Virus record (IMG/VR): IMGVR_UViG_3300006641_000031
Coordinates: 817 to 64,816 of that record
Source: a virus
Lineage: Duplodnaviria > Caudoviricetes
Length of the DNA stretch: 64,000 bases
Direction: 5' to 3' (one strand)
Below are positions 37,531 through 47,070 of the stretch, piece after piece. Each line of letters starts with the position of its first letter. The stretch's first letter is position 1. Position numbers and translations under genes: made by a program. The notes below the pieces were generated by a model, which searched no databases, was not told where the DNA came from, and saw only the letters and a list, made by a program, of their open reading frames with translations.

Positions 37531-38261
37531 AATCCATTCGTTTGGTAACCCATTGCTATGCCACCACATTGCCCCAATATGCCCGGTTTCTGGCCTACCA
37601 AATTGCGTCCATCTACGTCTACCGTCCCAAATGCCAAGTCGTGTTGGATGTGTGCTACGACCCTACAGACACGGCGACCGTGTCTGTGCTGAATTATTAT
37701 CTTGGACTTCAGTGTGATTCTTTTCTCCGATTGCGTCCTATGGAATTAGCCCGTTTAGGAAAGAGGTGCATTGGTCGCAATGAATCCTGTTTAGAGTCCC
37801 AAGAGGACGTAGTGTTTCTCACGGACGTAGACCATTTGTTTTACGAGACTGCTTTGGACGATGTTGTGGAAGCTATGGATCAGGCGCCGGAAAATGCCGT
37901 AATGATTTATCCCACAACTATTGAAATCATGAGAACTCATTTGTCCGGGGACTCTTACGCTTCCCAAGATTATCACACTCGACCATTTCTTTTGCCTGGG
38001 GTCTCCTTGTTTGAAGCCAAGCATTATAATCGAGCGATTGGTGGAGTTCAGATTGTAAGGGGAAGCGTTGCAAGAAATTTTGGGTATCTTCAAGGCACTA
38101 GTTGGCTGAATCCTTTGGAATCTAAACAGAAGCCATTTGGTACTTTTCGGGATGACTTGGCTTTCCGGCGCCAATGTGAACAAGTGGGAGCAATTGTTCC
38201 AATGTCCTCGATGCTGAACATAAAGAGAATGAGGCACAGTTCTACAAGTTACAAAGGGTGA
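37527..38261 (+). CDS. Putative GT2-like glycosyltransferase
   Basis: RN......DVVFLTDVD DxD motif, GG.QI and D..FR. Confidence 0.65.
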   Translation: MKSIRLVTHCYATTLPQYARFLAYQIASIYVYRPKCQVVLDVCYDPTDTATVSVLNYYLGLQCDSFLRLRPMELARLGKRCIGRNESCLESQEDVVFLTDVDHLFYETALDDVVEAMDQAPENAVMIYPTTIEIMRTHLSGDSYASQDYHTRPFLLPGVSLFEAKHYNRAIGGVQIVRGSVARNFGYLQGTSWLNPLESKQKPFGTFRDDLAFRRQCEQVGAIVPMSSMLNIKRMRHSSTSYKG

Positions 38262-38264
38262 TTC

Positions 38265-38573
38265 ATGCGCTGGTTTTCTTGGTTGTCAGCTCCATTTCGG
38301 TGGGTAATCCAATGGATTTGGAAACCTACTGCTCCCTCCGTTGTAAATCAATTGGAGGTCTTTTATGGTTCGAAACGGGAACGCATTTGGGTTCAGCCTT
38401 TGGATTCCGTGGGTCTTTGTTTACTTTGCGCTCTTCCTGTTGGTCAGGGGCAGTTTCTTTTTCAATCCCAGTATGCAATTGATGTAGAGGCTTTTTGGCG
38501 TATCTGGGGCGATTTCAACACTGCCAAGGGTGTTTTCCCCTGTTGGGAAGATGGCGCACCTTGGACCCCATAA
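38265..38573 (+). CDS. Hypothetical protein
   Basis: Last gene of the + strand run. Confidence 0.5.
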   Translation: MRWFSWLSAPFRWVIQWIWKPTAPSVVNQLEVFYGSKRERIWVQPLDSVGLCLLCALPVGQGQFLFQSQYAIDVEAFWRIWGDFNTAKGVFPCWEDGAPWTP

Positions 38574-38658
38574 GCGATTTATAGGGGGTCTTTTTGCTAT
38601 GTTACGGTTGGTGTTTTGTTGAATAACGGGGTGATACTTGTTTGAACAAGTGTTGCAC

Positions 38659-38694
38659 AAAAAAAAGCCCGGGCAGAAAGCCCGGGTGGTTTTT
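38659..38694. terminator. Bidirectional terminator between convergent operons
   Basis: A8-GCCCGGGC-AGAAA-GCCCGGGT-GG-T5. Confidence 0.7.
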
Positions 38695-38700
38695 GTCGTC

Positions 38701-38994
38701 TTAAGGAACGCGGAGCGTCATCTCAATAGCCAAAATCACTTTTCTTGGAACCTCAAAGCCGTCGCATTCGAAGGGTCCCTTCGGGGTGGCAGTTTCCAAA
38801 ACACGCAACAAGAGTTCACGGTACACGGCCCGATCACATCGGTCGGATGTTTCGTATTCGTCTGTCTTAAGCAGCCTCGTCCCACAAAGGTACTTCGCAT
38901 GGTACCTTGACCGGGGATCGTATTCCGTATCGTAGGCTTCTGCTTTGCAGAACGGGCAACACGTTGTTTCTGTTTCTTGTGGTGCGTTGGTCAT
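38701..38994 (-). CDS. Hypothetical Cys-containing protein
   Basis: CPFC motif; AGGA upstream on the minus strand. Confidence 0.55.
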   Translation of the reverse strand: MTNAPQETETTCCPFCKAEAYDTEYDPRSRYHAKYLCGTRLLKTDEYETSDRCDRAVYRELLLRVLETATPKGPFECDGFEVPRKVILAIEMTLRVP

Positions 38995-39009
38995 GATTGA
39001 TTTCCTAAG

Positions 39010-39303
39010 TTAAAGCTTTCCAACACGGCGAGCCCATTGATCCGATTTTTCGGTGCCACGAAGCACCCTGGTAAGTTTCCTTCGCCGTATTTCTTTATTG
39101 AACAAGGGTTGGAATGTAACGCGATCTGTTGGACCCATGGCGTTGAGGCCGAACTTGGCAGTGATCTCATGCCAAGAGACCCGTGTCGACGGGCACATAT
39201 ACTGAACTTTGTAAATGCCACGGGCGATTTCTAATGTGCGACGTTCAAATTCTTCTGCCGCCCATTGCGCAGCTTTTTGAATTGTGGAGTCTGGTGTGGT
39301 CAT
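39010..39303 (-). CDS. Hypothetical protein
   Basis: GGGAGG RBS; overlapping start/stop with the upstream gene. Confidence 0.55.
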   Translation of the reverse strand: MTTPDSTIQKAAQWAAEEFERRTLEIARGIYKVQYMCPSTRVSWHEITAKFGLNAMGPTDRVTFQPLFNKEIRRRKLTRVLRGTEKSDQWARRVGKL

Positions 39304-39503
39304 CGTTTCATTTCCTCCCCTTTGGAATTGACGACCTTGACCTGTCCGTCAATTCCCAAGGCTTCTAAAGTTTGCCGTACGATTTCCCCATTTTTTCTGG
39401 CAGTGGCGAGTGACGAGGTGTGATTCACTGTAAAAGTTTCGTCGTCCCCCACCACAATGAGGATGGAGTAGATAACTCCATCCTTTGTTTTAATGGCAGA
39501 CAT
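39300..39503 (-). CDS. Hypothetical protein
   Basis: ATG at 39503 after GGAGG. Confidence 0.55.
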   Translation of the reverse strand: MSAIKTKDGVIYSILIVVGDDETFTVNHTSSLATARKNGEIVRQTLEALGIDGQVKVVNSKGEEMKR

Positions 39504-39504
39504 T

Positions 39505-40389
39505 TTACCTCCCGTGGTTTTCAATGAACTTTGTAAGTAACGCTTTCGTTCTCTCCAATGTCGTCTCATAAGAGCTCGTGTTGGAGTGGTCGCCGACCAT
39601 TAAGTAGTTCGACCCATCTTCGGCCAATTCGGGGCACAGTTCGGCATAGGCTTTGATCGCTTTCGACCCAGTAATTGGCAGCCCGTAGCTGATACTGGCG
39701 CGGTTGTGGTAATTGTAGCAAGAGAACCACACTGTGCGGAAACACCAGCCGGACAGGCAATTCACCAGTGTGGAACAATCCAAAGGGTCGTTCGCCATTT
39801 TCAAGGTTGTGGCCGCCGCATAGTCGTAATTGTTGCCGTAGGAATCAATGGCCAATTGCATGGCTTTGATTTCACATCGGTAACCGGCTTCTTCCAAAAT
39901 CTTGGCCAGTACCACCGTGGCACATCCGCGCCACAAAATGTTCTGCCATTTCATGAGTCCCGGGCTGCTAGGCGTTGTAATCAGTGTAATTATGGGGTTG
40001 CCTGCCCGTTGTTCCCGTTGTGTGGTGCGCCAGTAAGGTACACCACGTCGCAGGCGGTCAACGTCTACTTCGTCCCCAGTATCTTCACTCCATACGCCAC
40101 GACGTTTTGTGCTCTTCGGTTTGGGGAGGTCTTGGGTTTCCAGTTCCCCTAACATTTTGTCGAAAATTTGCATACCTTCTGGCCACAATTCCCCAGTAGC
40201 TTTTGCCGCAGCGTGGATGTTAAAGAACCGGCGGCCAACAAAAGAGTAGGAGTAAAATTCACCCCATGCCCCTGGCTGGCGCTTAATTCCTTCTGCCGCC
40301 ACTTCGGCCATGTCGGCCAATCCGTCGAACCACGTTATGTACGTTGGGTTCCCCGTAGCCTTGAGTTTTTTGGTTTCGTGAATGGCCAT
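39505..40389 (-). CDS. Putative degenerate VWA/CobT-like partner of the AAA+ ATPase
   Basis: G.EVDVDR...G.P, RG.A..VL..ILE.AGYRCEI, LK.A.DPLD and FR..WF pattern seen in phage AAA partner proteins. Confidence 0.6.
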   Translation of the reverse strand: MAIHETKKLKATGNPTYITWFDGLADMAEVAAEGIKRQPGAWGEFYSYSFVGRRFFNIHAAAKATGELWPEGMQIFDKMLGELETQDLPKPKSTKRRGVWSEDTGDEVDVDRLRRGVPYWRTTQREQRAGNPIITLITTPSSPGLMKWQNILWRGCATVVLAKILEEAGYRCEIKAMQLAIDSYGNNYDYAAATTLKMANDPLDCSTLVNCLSGWCFRTVWFSCYNYHNRASISYGLPITGSKAIKAYAELCPELAEDGSNYLMVGDHSNTSSYETTLERTKALLTKFIENHGR

Positions 40390-40420
40390 TGTGTTGTGTC
40401 CGTTGTGTTGTGTTGTCCGT

Positions 40421-40760
40421 TGTGTTGTGTTGTGCCTGCCCCCGACACCAGTATTTTACACTGTTTCGGCTCGGGTACAAGTGCCACAGCACAAATTTTC
40501 TCAAAAAAGATTTTTGGAAAATCCCCAAGTGGTTGATGGTAAAGGGTTTACGGCTCAAAAAAATTTTTGAATTTGTTTGGGGCTGTGTCCCGTTCAAAAA
40601 AAGTGGCACTTTCAAAAAAAGTTTTTGGCGCCGTAAACCCTTTGGTTTCCAGGGTTTCCGTCGGTTCCGAGTTATTTTTCTGAAAATTTTTGTGGCGTTG
40701 GGCTTGTGCCCGAGCCGAAACAGTGTAAAATACTGGTGTCGGGGGCAGGTACAACACACA
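40421..40760. promoter_or_regulatory. Quasi-palindromic divergent promoter cassette 1
   Basis: Perfect 41-bp inverted repeat (40435-40475 / 40709-40749). Each arm region carries TTGT(A/G)C-N16-TAAAAT facing outward. Inner 14-bp inverted repeat at 40541-40554 / 40630-40643. Confidence 0.8.
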
Positions 40761-40778
40761 ACGCAAGGACACAACACA

Positions 40779-42104
40779 ATGGCCGCTCACCTCAAACGAA
40801 ACGAACTGATCAACAAGACATTGGTGTGGCTTCAAGAGCGTCCTGGCTTTTGGCACACCACGGCCGAAGTGATGGCGGGAGTGGGGGTGCCGGACACTGT
40901 GAATCAGTGGTACCGCAATCGCGTGTTGCGGTTCTTGGAAGCCGGGGGTAAGATCGCCCGTTTCGGTAATGGCAAAATGCGTTGGAAGTGGATGGAACCC
41001 AAAGAGGTACAGCCCGGTGAACAGCCGGCAGAACAGCCGGCAGAACAGCCTGGGCGAGGAACGAAAACCATTATTGCCAAGTTCCCGGGAACATGCCGTA
41101 AGTGTGGGTTGGGTTATTCGGTTGGAGCGGCATTGCACCAAGAAAAAGTAGATGGGCAGTGGCGTTGGGTTCACACCCCGAATTGTCCTGGTGAGTTGCC
41201 GGCGACCCCGGCGATCCCGGCTACCGAACAGCAGCCGGCAGCAGTGGCGGTAGATGCCGCGCTGTTGGCACAAGTGGCAGCGCTGGCCGAGAAGGTAGCA
41301 GAGTTGGAGGCGGCTCGCCCGCCCCAAGTGATCGAACTGGTTCGCCCGGACATGCCCAAGGTGGAACTGAAGGAACGCTCCCACCCCATTTTGGAACAGG
41401 TCTTGTTTCACCTTAACTGCGGTGATAACGTGATGTTGGTAGGACCGAAAGGGTGTGGCAAGACCTACCTCGCCCAACAGATTGCGACCCTCCTGGGGCT
41501 GGAATACGGCATGATCTCCCTTTCGGGTGGTGTGACCGAAAGCAAACTGTTCGGCCGGTCGACCCCGGACATTACGACTGGGAAAAGCGTTTACACGCCA
41601 GCCCCATTCGCCACCATGTTCGAAAATGGTGGGTTGTACCTCTTGGACGAGGTGGACGCGGCTGACCCGAATGTACTGCTCAGCTTAAACAGCGGATTGG
41701 CCAACGGGGTCCTGCCGTTGGATCGGCCAGAAAACCCGATTGCAAACCGCCACGAAAAGTTCACATGCATGGCCGCCGCCAATACTTGGGGCACCGGGGC
41801 TGACCGCCAGTATGTTGGGCGCAATCAGCAAGACGGAGCCTTCACGGAGCGGTTCGTGCAAATTGAAATGGATTACGATGCCCAATTGGAGTTGGACCTT
41901 AATGCTGATCAGCCAGAACTGGTTCGCCAGCTTCAGGCTTGGCGGAAAAACATCGTGGCCAACAAATTGGAACGGACCATTAGCACTCGTTTCATTTGCC
42001 GGGCGGCGAACTGGATTCGACACGGCAAGGACATGAATTACGTGAAGCAGATGCTGGTGGGTGGCTGGCGGAAGGATGAGTTGGTTAAGGCTGGCATCGC
42101 GTAG
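40779..42104 (+). CDS. MoxR/CobS-like AAA+ ATPase with N-terminal winged-helix-like and Zn-ribbon-like domains
   Basis: Walker A GPKGCGKT, Walker B LLDEVD, AAANT and YVGRNQQDGAF.ERF. True start is ATG 40779 after a CA-rich leader. Confidence 0.85.
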   Translation: MAAHLKRNELINKTLVWLQERPGFWHTTAEVMAGVGVPDTVNQWYRNRVLRFLEAGGKIARFGNGKMRWKWMEPKEVQPGEQPAEQPAEQPGRGTKTIIAKFPGTCRKCGLGYSVGAALHQEKVDGQWRWVHTPNCPGELPATPAIPATEQQPAAVAVDAALLAQVAALAEKVAELEAARPPQVIELVRPDMPKVELKERSHPILEQVLFHLNCGDNVMLVGPKGCGKTYLAQQIATLLGLEYGMISLSGGVTESKLFGRSTPDITTGKSVYTPAPFATMFENGGLYLLDEVDAADPNVLLSLNSGLANGVLPLDRPENPIANRHEKFTCMAAANTWGTGADRQYVGRNQQDGAFTERFVQIEMDYDAQLELDLNADQPELVRQLQAWRKNIVANKLERTISTRFICRAANWIRHGKDMNYVKQMLVGGWRKDELVKAGIA

Positions 42105-42219
42105 TGGTTGGTGTTGTGTGGCCGGGCCGAGTTGTGTCGGCCCGGCACCCCTCTGCTCCATTGCGGTGGATCAGTGGGGTGCCGAAGCACCAAACAACAA
42201 CAACACGAGGAGATAGAAA

Positions 42220-43008
42220 ATGGCCGGTAAGAATGAAAAGATTAAACGGATTTGTGAGCAGTTGGAGAAGTTCCAAGGTCAACAAATGGGTTCGTTGGGT
42301 TCTGTTGCCCTTGAGGCGATGCACTCTTTAATGGACGCCTCCCTTCAGGCGTCCGCGGACACTCTGGTGAGCATGCTCCCCCAAATCCAAAAGGATGTGA
42401 CAGGCTCGTTTGAAAACGCTCCGTTGGAGTTCGCCCCTCCGGGTGGCCTCGTTGTGGGCGTGGATGTGGCGCCCCTTATGCGTGGGAAACCACCTGAGTT
42501 TGCGGTGCGTTCCTTCTTGTGTAAGGGGTTCGTGGAGGACATGAGTTTGGAACGTGGTGGCTTTATGACTAAGGAAAATTTTCTGCGACTGATGGTGGAA
42601 CAGTTCATGTCGTCCGACAGTCAAATCATTCCGGTTGGGCTGGCGACCGTTACTGAAGCCTGGACTCTTTGCACGTCCCAAGGCGAACGGAAAATCACCC
42701 CGTTGGAGATCGCAATTGACATGGAGGACCCTGAACGGCGAACGGAGTGTGTTGTGTTGGCAGTTACTTACAAGCAGTTTCGGCCCGACTCCTCTGTCCA
42801 GTTTGTTCAGCGAGCTTTCAGTTCTGAAATTCGTCGTGGCGAAGGGAATCGGATTCACTTGAAGGAGTGGGTTGAAATGGAGGAGCCTCAAGTTGGCTTG
42901 CACGGGATTTTCTGGAAGTACATGAAAGATCGTTTGGGGGAGGAGTTGATTCGGCGCGAGCAGGAGACCATTGATAAGATCCGCCAGCAAAACTCCTCGG
43001 AAAACTAG
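42220..43008 (+). CDS. Hypothetical protein
   Basis: GAGGAG RBS; 262 aa. Confidence 0.6.
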   Translation: MAGKNEKIKRICEQLEKFQGQQMGSLGSVALEAMHSLMDASLQASADTLVSMLPQIQKDVTGSFENAPLEFAPPGGLVVGVDVAPLMRGKPPEFAVRSFLCKGFVEDMSLERGGFMTKENFLRLMVEQFMSSDSQIIPVGLATVTEAWTLCTSQGERKITPLEIAIDMEDPERRTECVVLAVTYKQFRPDSSVQFVQRAFSSEIRRGEGNRIHLKEWVEMEEPQVGLHGIFWKYMKDRLGEELIRREQETIDKIRQQNSSEN

Positions 43009-43111
43009 GCATGAGGAGTGCACGGGGCCAAGGGAAGAATACCTTGGCCCCGTGGCGGGTCAGTGGTATAGTGTTGCGGCCCGTGGCAACTTACTGGAGA
43101 AGGAGAAATGG

Positions 43112-43627
43112 ATGGCCATTGAAACTGCGGAAATCATGGCGGAAACCTACGAAGATGTGCGGTTGTTGGTGCTCAAGACTGTTTACACGTTTCACCGGAA
43201 ATATGGTGGTGAAATCGAGCTGCTGCAATCCAAGGCTAATGAGTCTTTCATGGAAGCGTACCACTCGTTTCAGCCTGGCAGTGGTTCAAAGTTTTCGACT
43301 TGGGTTCGGTTCCGGGTGTGGAATGGATTGCACGATGAGCGACGTGACGCAGCTCGGCGTCACCGGATTTTGAAGCGGCAGTCCCCAGTCGTCTTAGACC
43401 AGACAATGAGTTCCAAGAATTTGGACTGGTCTGAGGTGACCCAAGATGTGGAGACCGTGTTGCGGTTGGTGTTTTCTCCTGGTACGGGACTCCAGAAATT
43501 GTTGCAAACAAAAACTCCCATAGGCATGCGCATGGTGTTGCGGGAGTATCTGATCGGTTTGGGTTGGTCGGTGAAACGCGTGAAGCAATGCTTCCAAGAA
43601 ATTCAAGGAGTGTTGAACAATGACTGA
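43112..43627 (+). CDS. Phage sigma-70-family factor (region 2)
   Basis: ELLQS.ANESFMEAYHSFQPGSGSKFSTWV..RV.NGL.D..R, resembling region 2.2-2.4 of alternative sigmas; AGGAG RBS. Confidence 0.75.
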   Translation: MAIETAEIMAETYEDVRLLVLKTVYTFHRKYGGEIELLQSKANESFMEAYHSFQPGSGSKFSTWVRFRVWNGLHDERRDAARRHRILKRQSPVVLDQTMSSKNLDWSEVTQDVETVLRLVFSPGTGLQKLLQTKTPIGMRMVLREYLIGLGWSVKRVKQCFQEIQGVLNND

Positions 43628-43985
43628 TAGCATGAATTCTACGTCGGGACCAGTAGCTTGTGGGCCTTGTGTGATTCGGGAACCTCAGCGTCGGGGAATG
43701 AAAACTGTTTCCAAATATCCGAACGTACCGTGGTTTGTGGACCCCGTGTTCCGTCCTACGGGTTTCGGACAGGAGACTCCTCCTTCTGCGGCGGTACTGA
43801 AGAACGTCAGGCACAAAGATCGGAACGGCGCACGTTTGGAAGTTCGGGTCGATTTGTGGGGTCCAATTCGTTTGTCTGCTGAGGTAGATGGTGTGGTGAT
43901 TGAGTTCGTGGAATTGGATCAAATTCGGGCGTTGGCAACGGCGGCTGGATTTCAAGGTATTTCGGTGAGGTTCGGAAATTCGTAA
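43620..43985 (+). CDS. Hypothetical protein
   Basis: Overlapping start; AGGAG RBS. Confidence 0.5.
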   Translation: MTDSMNSTSGPVACGPCVIREPQRRGMKTVSKYPNVPWFVDPVFRPTGFGQETPPSAAVLKNVRHKDRNGARLEVRVDLWGPIRLSAEVDGVVIEFVELDQIRALATAAGFQGISVRFGNS

Positions 43986-44038
43986 TCTGTTCCGAGTATA
44001 GTGGTGTTGGTGGTTGAATATTCTACAACAGGAGATTC

Positions 44039-44335
44039 GTGATGTTTTTGGGAGCACCTAAGTTTTTGCGGGCTCAGTTGATGCGGGATTATTCTTTCGT
44101 AAAGCGCGGGCTGCCGGCTCCAGCAGGAGAGCGGAATGTGCAAATGGAAATCGCCGGCCTCCGGCGAGACTTCCCCCACTTGAAAGAAGTGCGGTTGCTG
44201 CAACTCCGGCACTTTTTGGATCAAGTGGGTGTGGATCGCGTGCGCAAGTTGGCTGCGTCCAATTTGTCTGGTTTCGAGTTCCGCCGGGCCATGAACAAGG
44301 AACTCCAATTGCCTGTGAGTGTGGGGAGCCGGTAA
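44039..44335 (+). CDS. Hypothetical protein
   Basis: AGGAG RBS. Confidence 0.55.
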   Translation: MMFLGAPKFLRAQLMRDYSFVKRGLPAPAGERNVQMEIAGLRRDFPHLKEVRLLQLRHFLDQVGVDRVRKLAASNLSGFEFRRAMNKELQLPVSVGSR

Positions 44336-44337
44336 TC

Positions 44338-44718
44338 ATGTGGATCTACACGCGCTACGGATTTTTCAGTGTTACCAGTACCGAACTTCCCGATGGGAAG
44401 GTCAACCCCCACGAGGTCCAGATCCGGGCACGTTGTAAGAAACACCTGGAAAATGTGCGTAAGCGATTTTCTCATCTCTGGGAAAAAACGCCTCGCATCA
44501 TTCACACCCCGACTGCGGACTATGCGTATCGTATGATAGTCCATAAAGATTTGGCGACTGGAATGTTTATGGAGTTGGTGCAAGAAATACAGTACACCAA
44601 TTTCAAAGAAGAGTGCCACAAGACAATGGGCGGCGATGCCAGTTACCGCGGCCTCTTGCACGTTACGTGGTCGGCTGCTCATCAGTATCAGGTCAAAAAC
44701 GAGTCTATGTGGAAGTGA
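44338..44718 (+). CDS. Conserved-looking phage hypothetical protein
   Basis: MWIYTRYGFFSV...RAR...ADY.YR...I.YTNFK motif. Confidence 0.6.
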   Translation: MWIYTRYGFFSVTSTELPDGKVNPHEVQIRARCKKHLENVRKRFSHLWEKTPRIIHTPTADYAYRMIVHKDLATGMFMELVQEIQYTNFKEECHKTMGGDASYRGLLHVTWSAAHQYQVKNESMWK

Positions 44719-44749
44719 TGCCCAGTGAGTTGGTTTCGTGTTGTTGTGG

Positions 44750-44783
44750 AGAAACCCCCTTGGAAACGAGGGGGTTTCTTTTT
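44750..44783 (+). terminator. Rho-independent terminator
   Basis: AGAAACCCCCTTG-GAAA-CGAGGGGGTTTCT-TTTT. Confidence 0.75.
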
Positions 44784-44800
44784 GTATTGAGGAAGAGGTT

Positions 44801-46165
44801 ATGTTGGAAACGAAGCTTTACAAATATCAACGGCATGGGGTGAAATTGATCTCCCATTTTGAGGGGCGGGCGCTCCTTGCAGACGAAATGGGACTCGGCA
44901 AGACAATTCAAAGTTTAGCTTGGTTGTGGCAACAGCAAGCCTTCCCCGTAGTTGTGGTCTGTCCGGCTTCTCTGAAGTGGAACTGGGAACATGAGGCTCG
45001 GCAACACCTCGGCCTGCGCGCCATGGTGTTGGAAGGCACCAAGGTTCCACGCCAGCGTCTTATCCGGTCTCGAATGGTCATTCTAAACTATGACATTCTG
45101 AAACCATGGATGGATTATCTGAAATGGTTGGAGCCCCAATTACTGATTTTTGACGAAGCCCATTACGTCAAGAACCGGACAACACAACGGGCAAAGCTTC
45201 TAAAAAAACTTGCCAAGTCGATCCCCAATGTAATTGGAATGAGTGGCACCCCTCTTACAAATCGGCCGGCTGAATTATGGAATGTGGTGGATACTATTCG
45301 TCCGGATCTTTACCCCTCCTTTGTAAAGTTTGCTTTCCGTTATTGTCAGCCACGAAGAACCCCGTGGGGCTGGGACTACCGTGGGGCTGCCAGACTAGAA
45401 GAGCTTCACGGGATCTTGGACGACCACATGATGATCCGTAGGCTCAAGAAAGATGTGTTAAAAGACCTGCCGTCTAAAACGCGTTCCGTAGTGCTTTTGG
45501 AAATGGAACGTAAGTCGGAATACGATCACGCCAGAAATGATTTCATTGGGTGGTTGCGCAAAAATGTTAGTAAAGGAAAAGCTGATCGGGCCGCTAGGGC
45601 AGAACGTCTCATGCGTCTTGGGTATTTGAAACGCCTATCTGCAGAACTAAAACTTTCCAGCGTCTTAGAATGGATCACCACGTTTTTAGAAGGGTCCGAT
45701 GAAAAGTTAGTTGTCTTTGCTGTCCACCATAAAGTGATCGATGCCCTTCAAGAACGGTTCGGCCGGCAGTGTGTTGTTGTGACAGGGGAGACTTCCCAAA
45801 GAGATAGAAAAAGAGCCGTTGAAATGTTTCAGACTTCCCCAAAAACACGATTGTTTCTGGGCAATATCCAAGCAGCTGGTGTAGGTCTTAATTTGGTAGC
45901 CGCCAGTACCGTAGCATTTGTAGAGTTGTCCTGGTCCCCGGGGGAACACGGTCAAGCTGAAGATAGGATTCACCGTATTGGACAGGTCTCTAATTCTATG
46001 GTGTACTATTTAGTTGCTCGAGGGTCTATTGAAGAGGACCTTTGTAAAGTGATCCAAAAGAAACAAGAGGTACTGAATAAAGTTTTAGATGGAGACGGGA
46101 CCGCCACCGAAATGGATATCTTTTCCCAAGTGGAACAAGCTTTATTACAAGGAGGTAAGTCGTGA
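44801..46165 (+). CDS. SNF2-family (SF2) helicase/ATPase
   Basis: LLADEMGLGKT, DEAH, SGTP, GVGLNL and QAEDRIHRIGQ motifs. Confidence 0.92.
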   Translation: MLETKLYKYQRHGVKLISHFEGRALLADEMGLGKTIQSLAWLWQQQAFPVVVVCPASLKWNWEHEARQHLGLRAMVLEGTKVPRQRLIRSRMVILNYDILKPWMDYLKWLEPQLLIFDEAHYVKNRTTQRAKLLKKLAKSIPNVIGMSGTPLTNRPAELWNVVDTIRPDLYPSFVKFAFRYCQPRRTPWGWDYRGAARLEELHGILDDHMMIRRLKKDVLKDLPSKTRSVVLLEMERKSEYDHARNDFIGWLRKNVSKGKADRAARAERLMRLGYLKRLSAELKLSSVLEWITTFLEGSDEKLVVFAVHHKVIDALQERFGRQCVVVTGETSQRDRKRAVEMFQTSPKTRLFLGNIQAAGVGLNLVAASTVAFVELSWSPGEHGQAEDRIHRIGQVSNSMVYYLVARGSIEEDLCKVIQKKQEVLNKVLDGDGTATEMDIFSQVEQALLQGGKS

Positions 46166-47049
46166 AATTGCCTGATTTTTTACGGGCGCATCAAATCCCA
46201 TTTATAGAGTCTGGACATGAGCATTGCCGGTCTGGTTGGATTCAATTGGATTGTCCGTTTTGCAGTCCACGTTCGCAACATTGGCGTCTAGGGTACTCCC
46301 TTTCTGCCGGCTACCTCCATTGCTGGTTGTGTGGTCATATTCGGTTGTGGGACTGCTTGGTGGAGTTGGTACCAGACCGTAAGGCGGTCGCCGCCCTTTT
46401 GCAGCATGGGAAACCCGAGTTAGATCGGTCCTTAAACGCGCTAAAACCCCGTAATACGCGGTTGGGGCTTCCCAAGGGGGTTGGACCCCTCTTACCTGCC
46501 CACAAGCGCTACCTGCGCCAACGGGGGCTGTGTCCCACCACGGTCGCTACGTTATGGGGTGTGCAAGGGATTGGGCTGTCTTCAACCCATCCGTGGTCTT
46601 TGTTTATTCCAATGTTTCAAAATGGAAAAATGGTGAATTGGACAACGCGTTCTATTGCTAAATCGCCGGCTATCCGGTATCTGTCCGCTAGTGAGAGTGA
46701 GGAGTTAGTACCACGAAAGGAGTTACTTTACGGGGAGGACCTGTGCCCGAGTTCTAGTGTGCTTGTGGTGGAGGGTCCAATTGACGCTTGGAAGATTGGT
46801 CCAGGGGCTGTGGCGACATTGGGGACAGGCTATTCTCGGCAGCAGTTACTGCGGCTTTCCAAATTTCACTTTCGTGTGATTTGCTTTGATAGTCAATCTG
46901 ATGCCCAGCGTCGGGCGCGTAAATTGGTGTCAGAGTTGGCATGCTTTCCAGGGGAAACATTTAACATTACTCTCTCTTCTAAAGACCCTGGAGAGGCTGA
47001 TGAGCAGGAATTACGGGAGTTGAAATTGTTTGCTTTTGGTGGGCGGTGA
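46162..47049 (+). CDS. DNA primase (Zn-binding + TOPRIM)
   Basis: CPFC...HCWLC, YL..RG, VVEGPIDA, ATLGT and KDPG motifs. Confidence 0.85.
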   Translation: MKLPDFLRAHQIPFIESGHEHCRSGWIQLDCPFCSPRSQHWRLGYSLSAGYLHCWLCGHIRLWDCLVELVPDRKAVAALLQHGKPELDRSLNALKPRNTRLGLPKGVGPLLPAHKRYLRQRGLCPTTVATLWGVQGIGLSSTHPWSLFIPMFQNGKMVNWTTRSIAKSPAIRYLSASESEELVPRKELLYGEDLCPSSSVLVVEGPIDAWKIGPGAVATLGTGYSRQQLLRLSKFHFRVICFDSQSDAQRRARKLVSELACFPGETFNITLSSKDPGEADEQELRELKLFAFGGR

Positions 47050-47070
47050 TATCAAATTGAAGATGGATTG

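Noticed and set aside
40435-40749. IS element or MITE defined by 41-bp inverted repeats
   Set aside because: No transposase or target-site duplication seen, and the arms contain correctly placed outward promoters; kept as a regulatory element.
40389-40778. 130-aa N-terminal extension of the AAA ATPase and opposite ORF 40283..40777
   Set aside because: They run through the non-coding inverted-repeat promoter cassette; mirrored translations arise from the palindrome.
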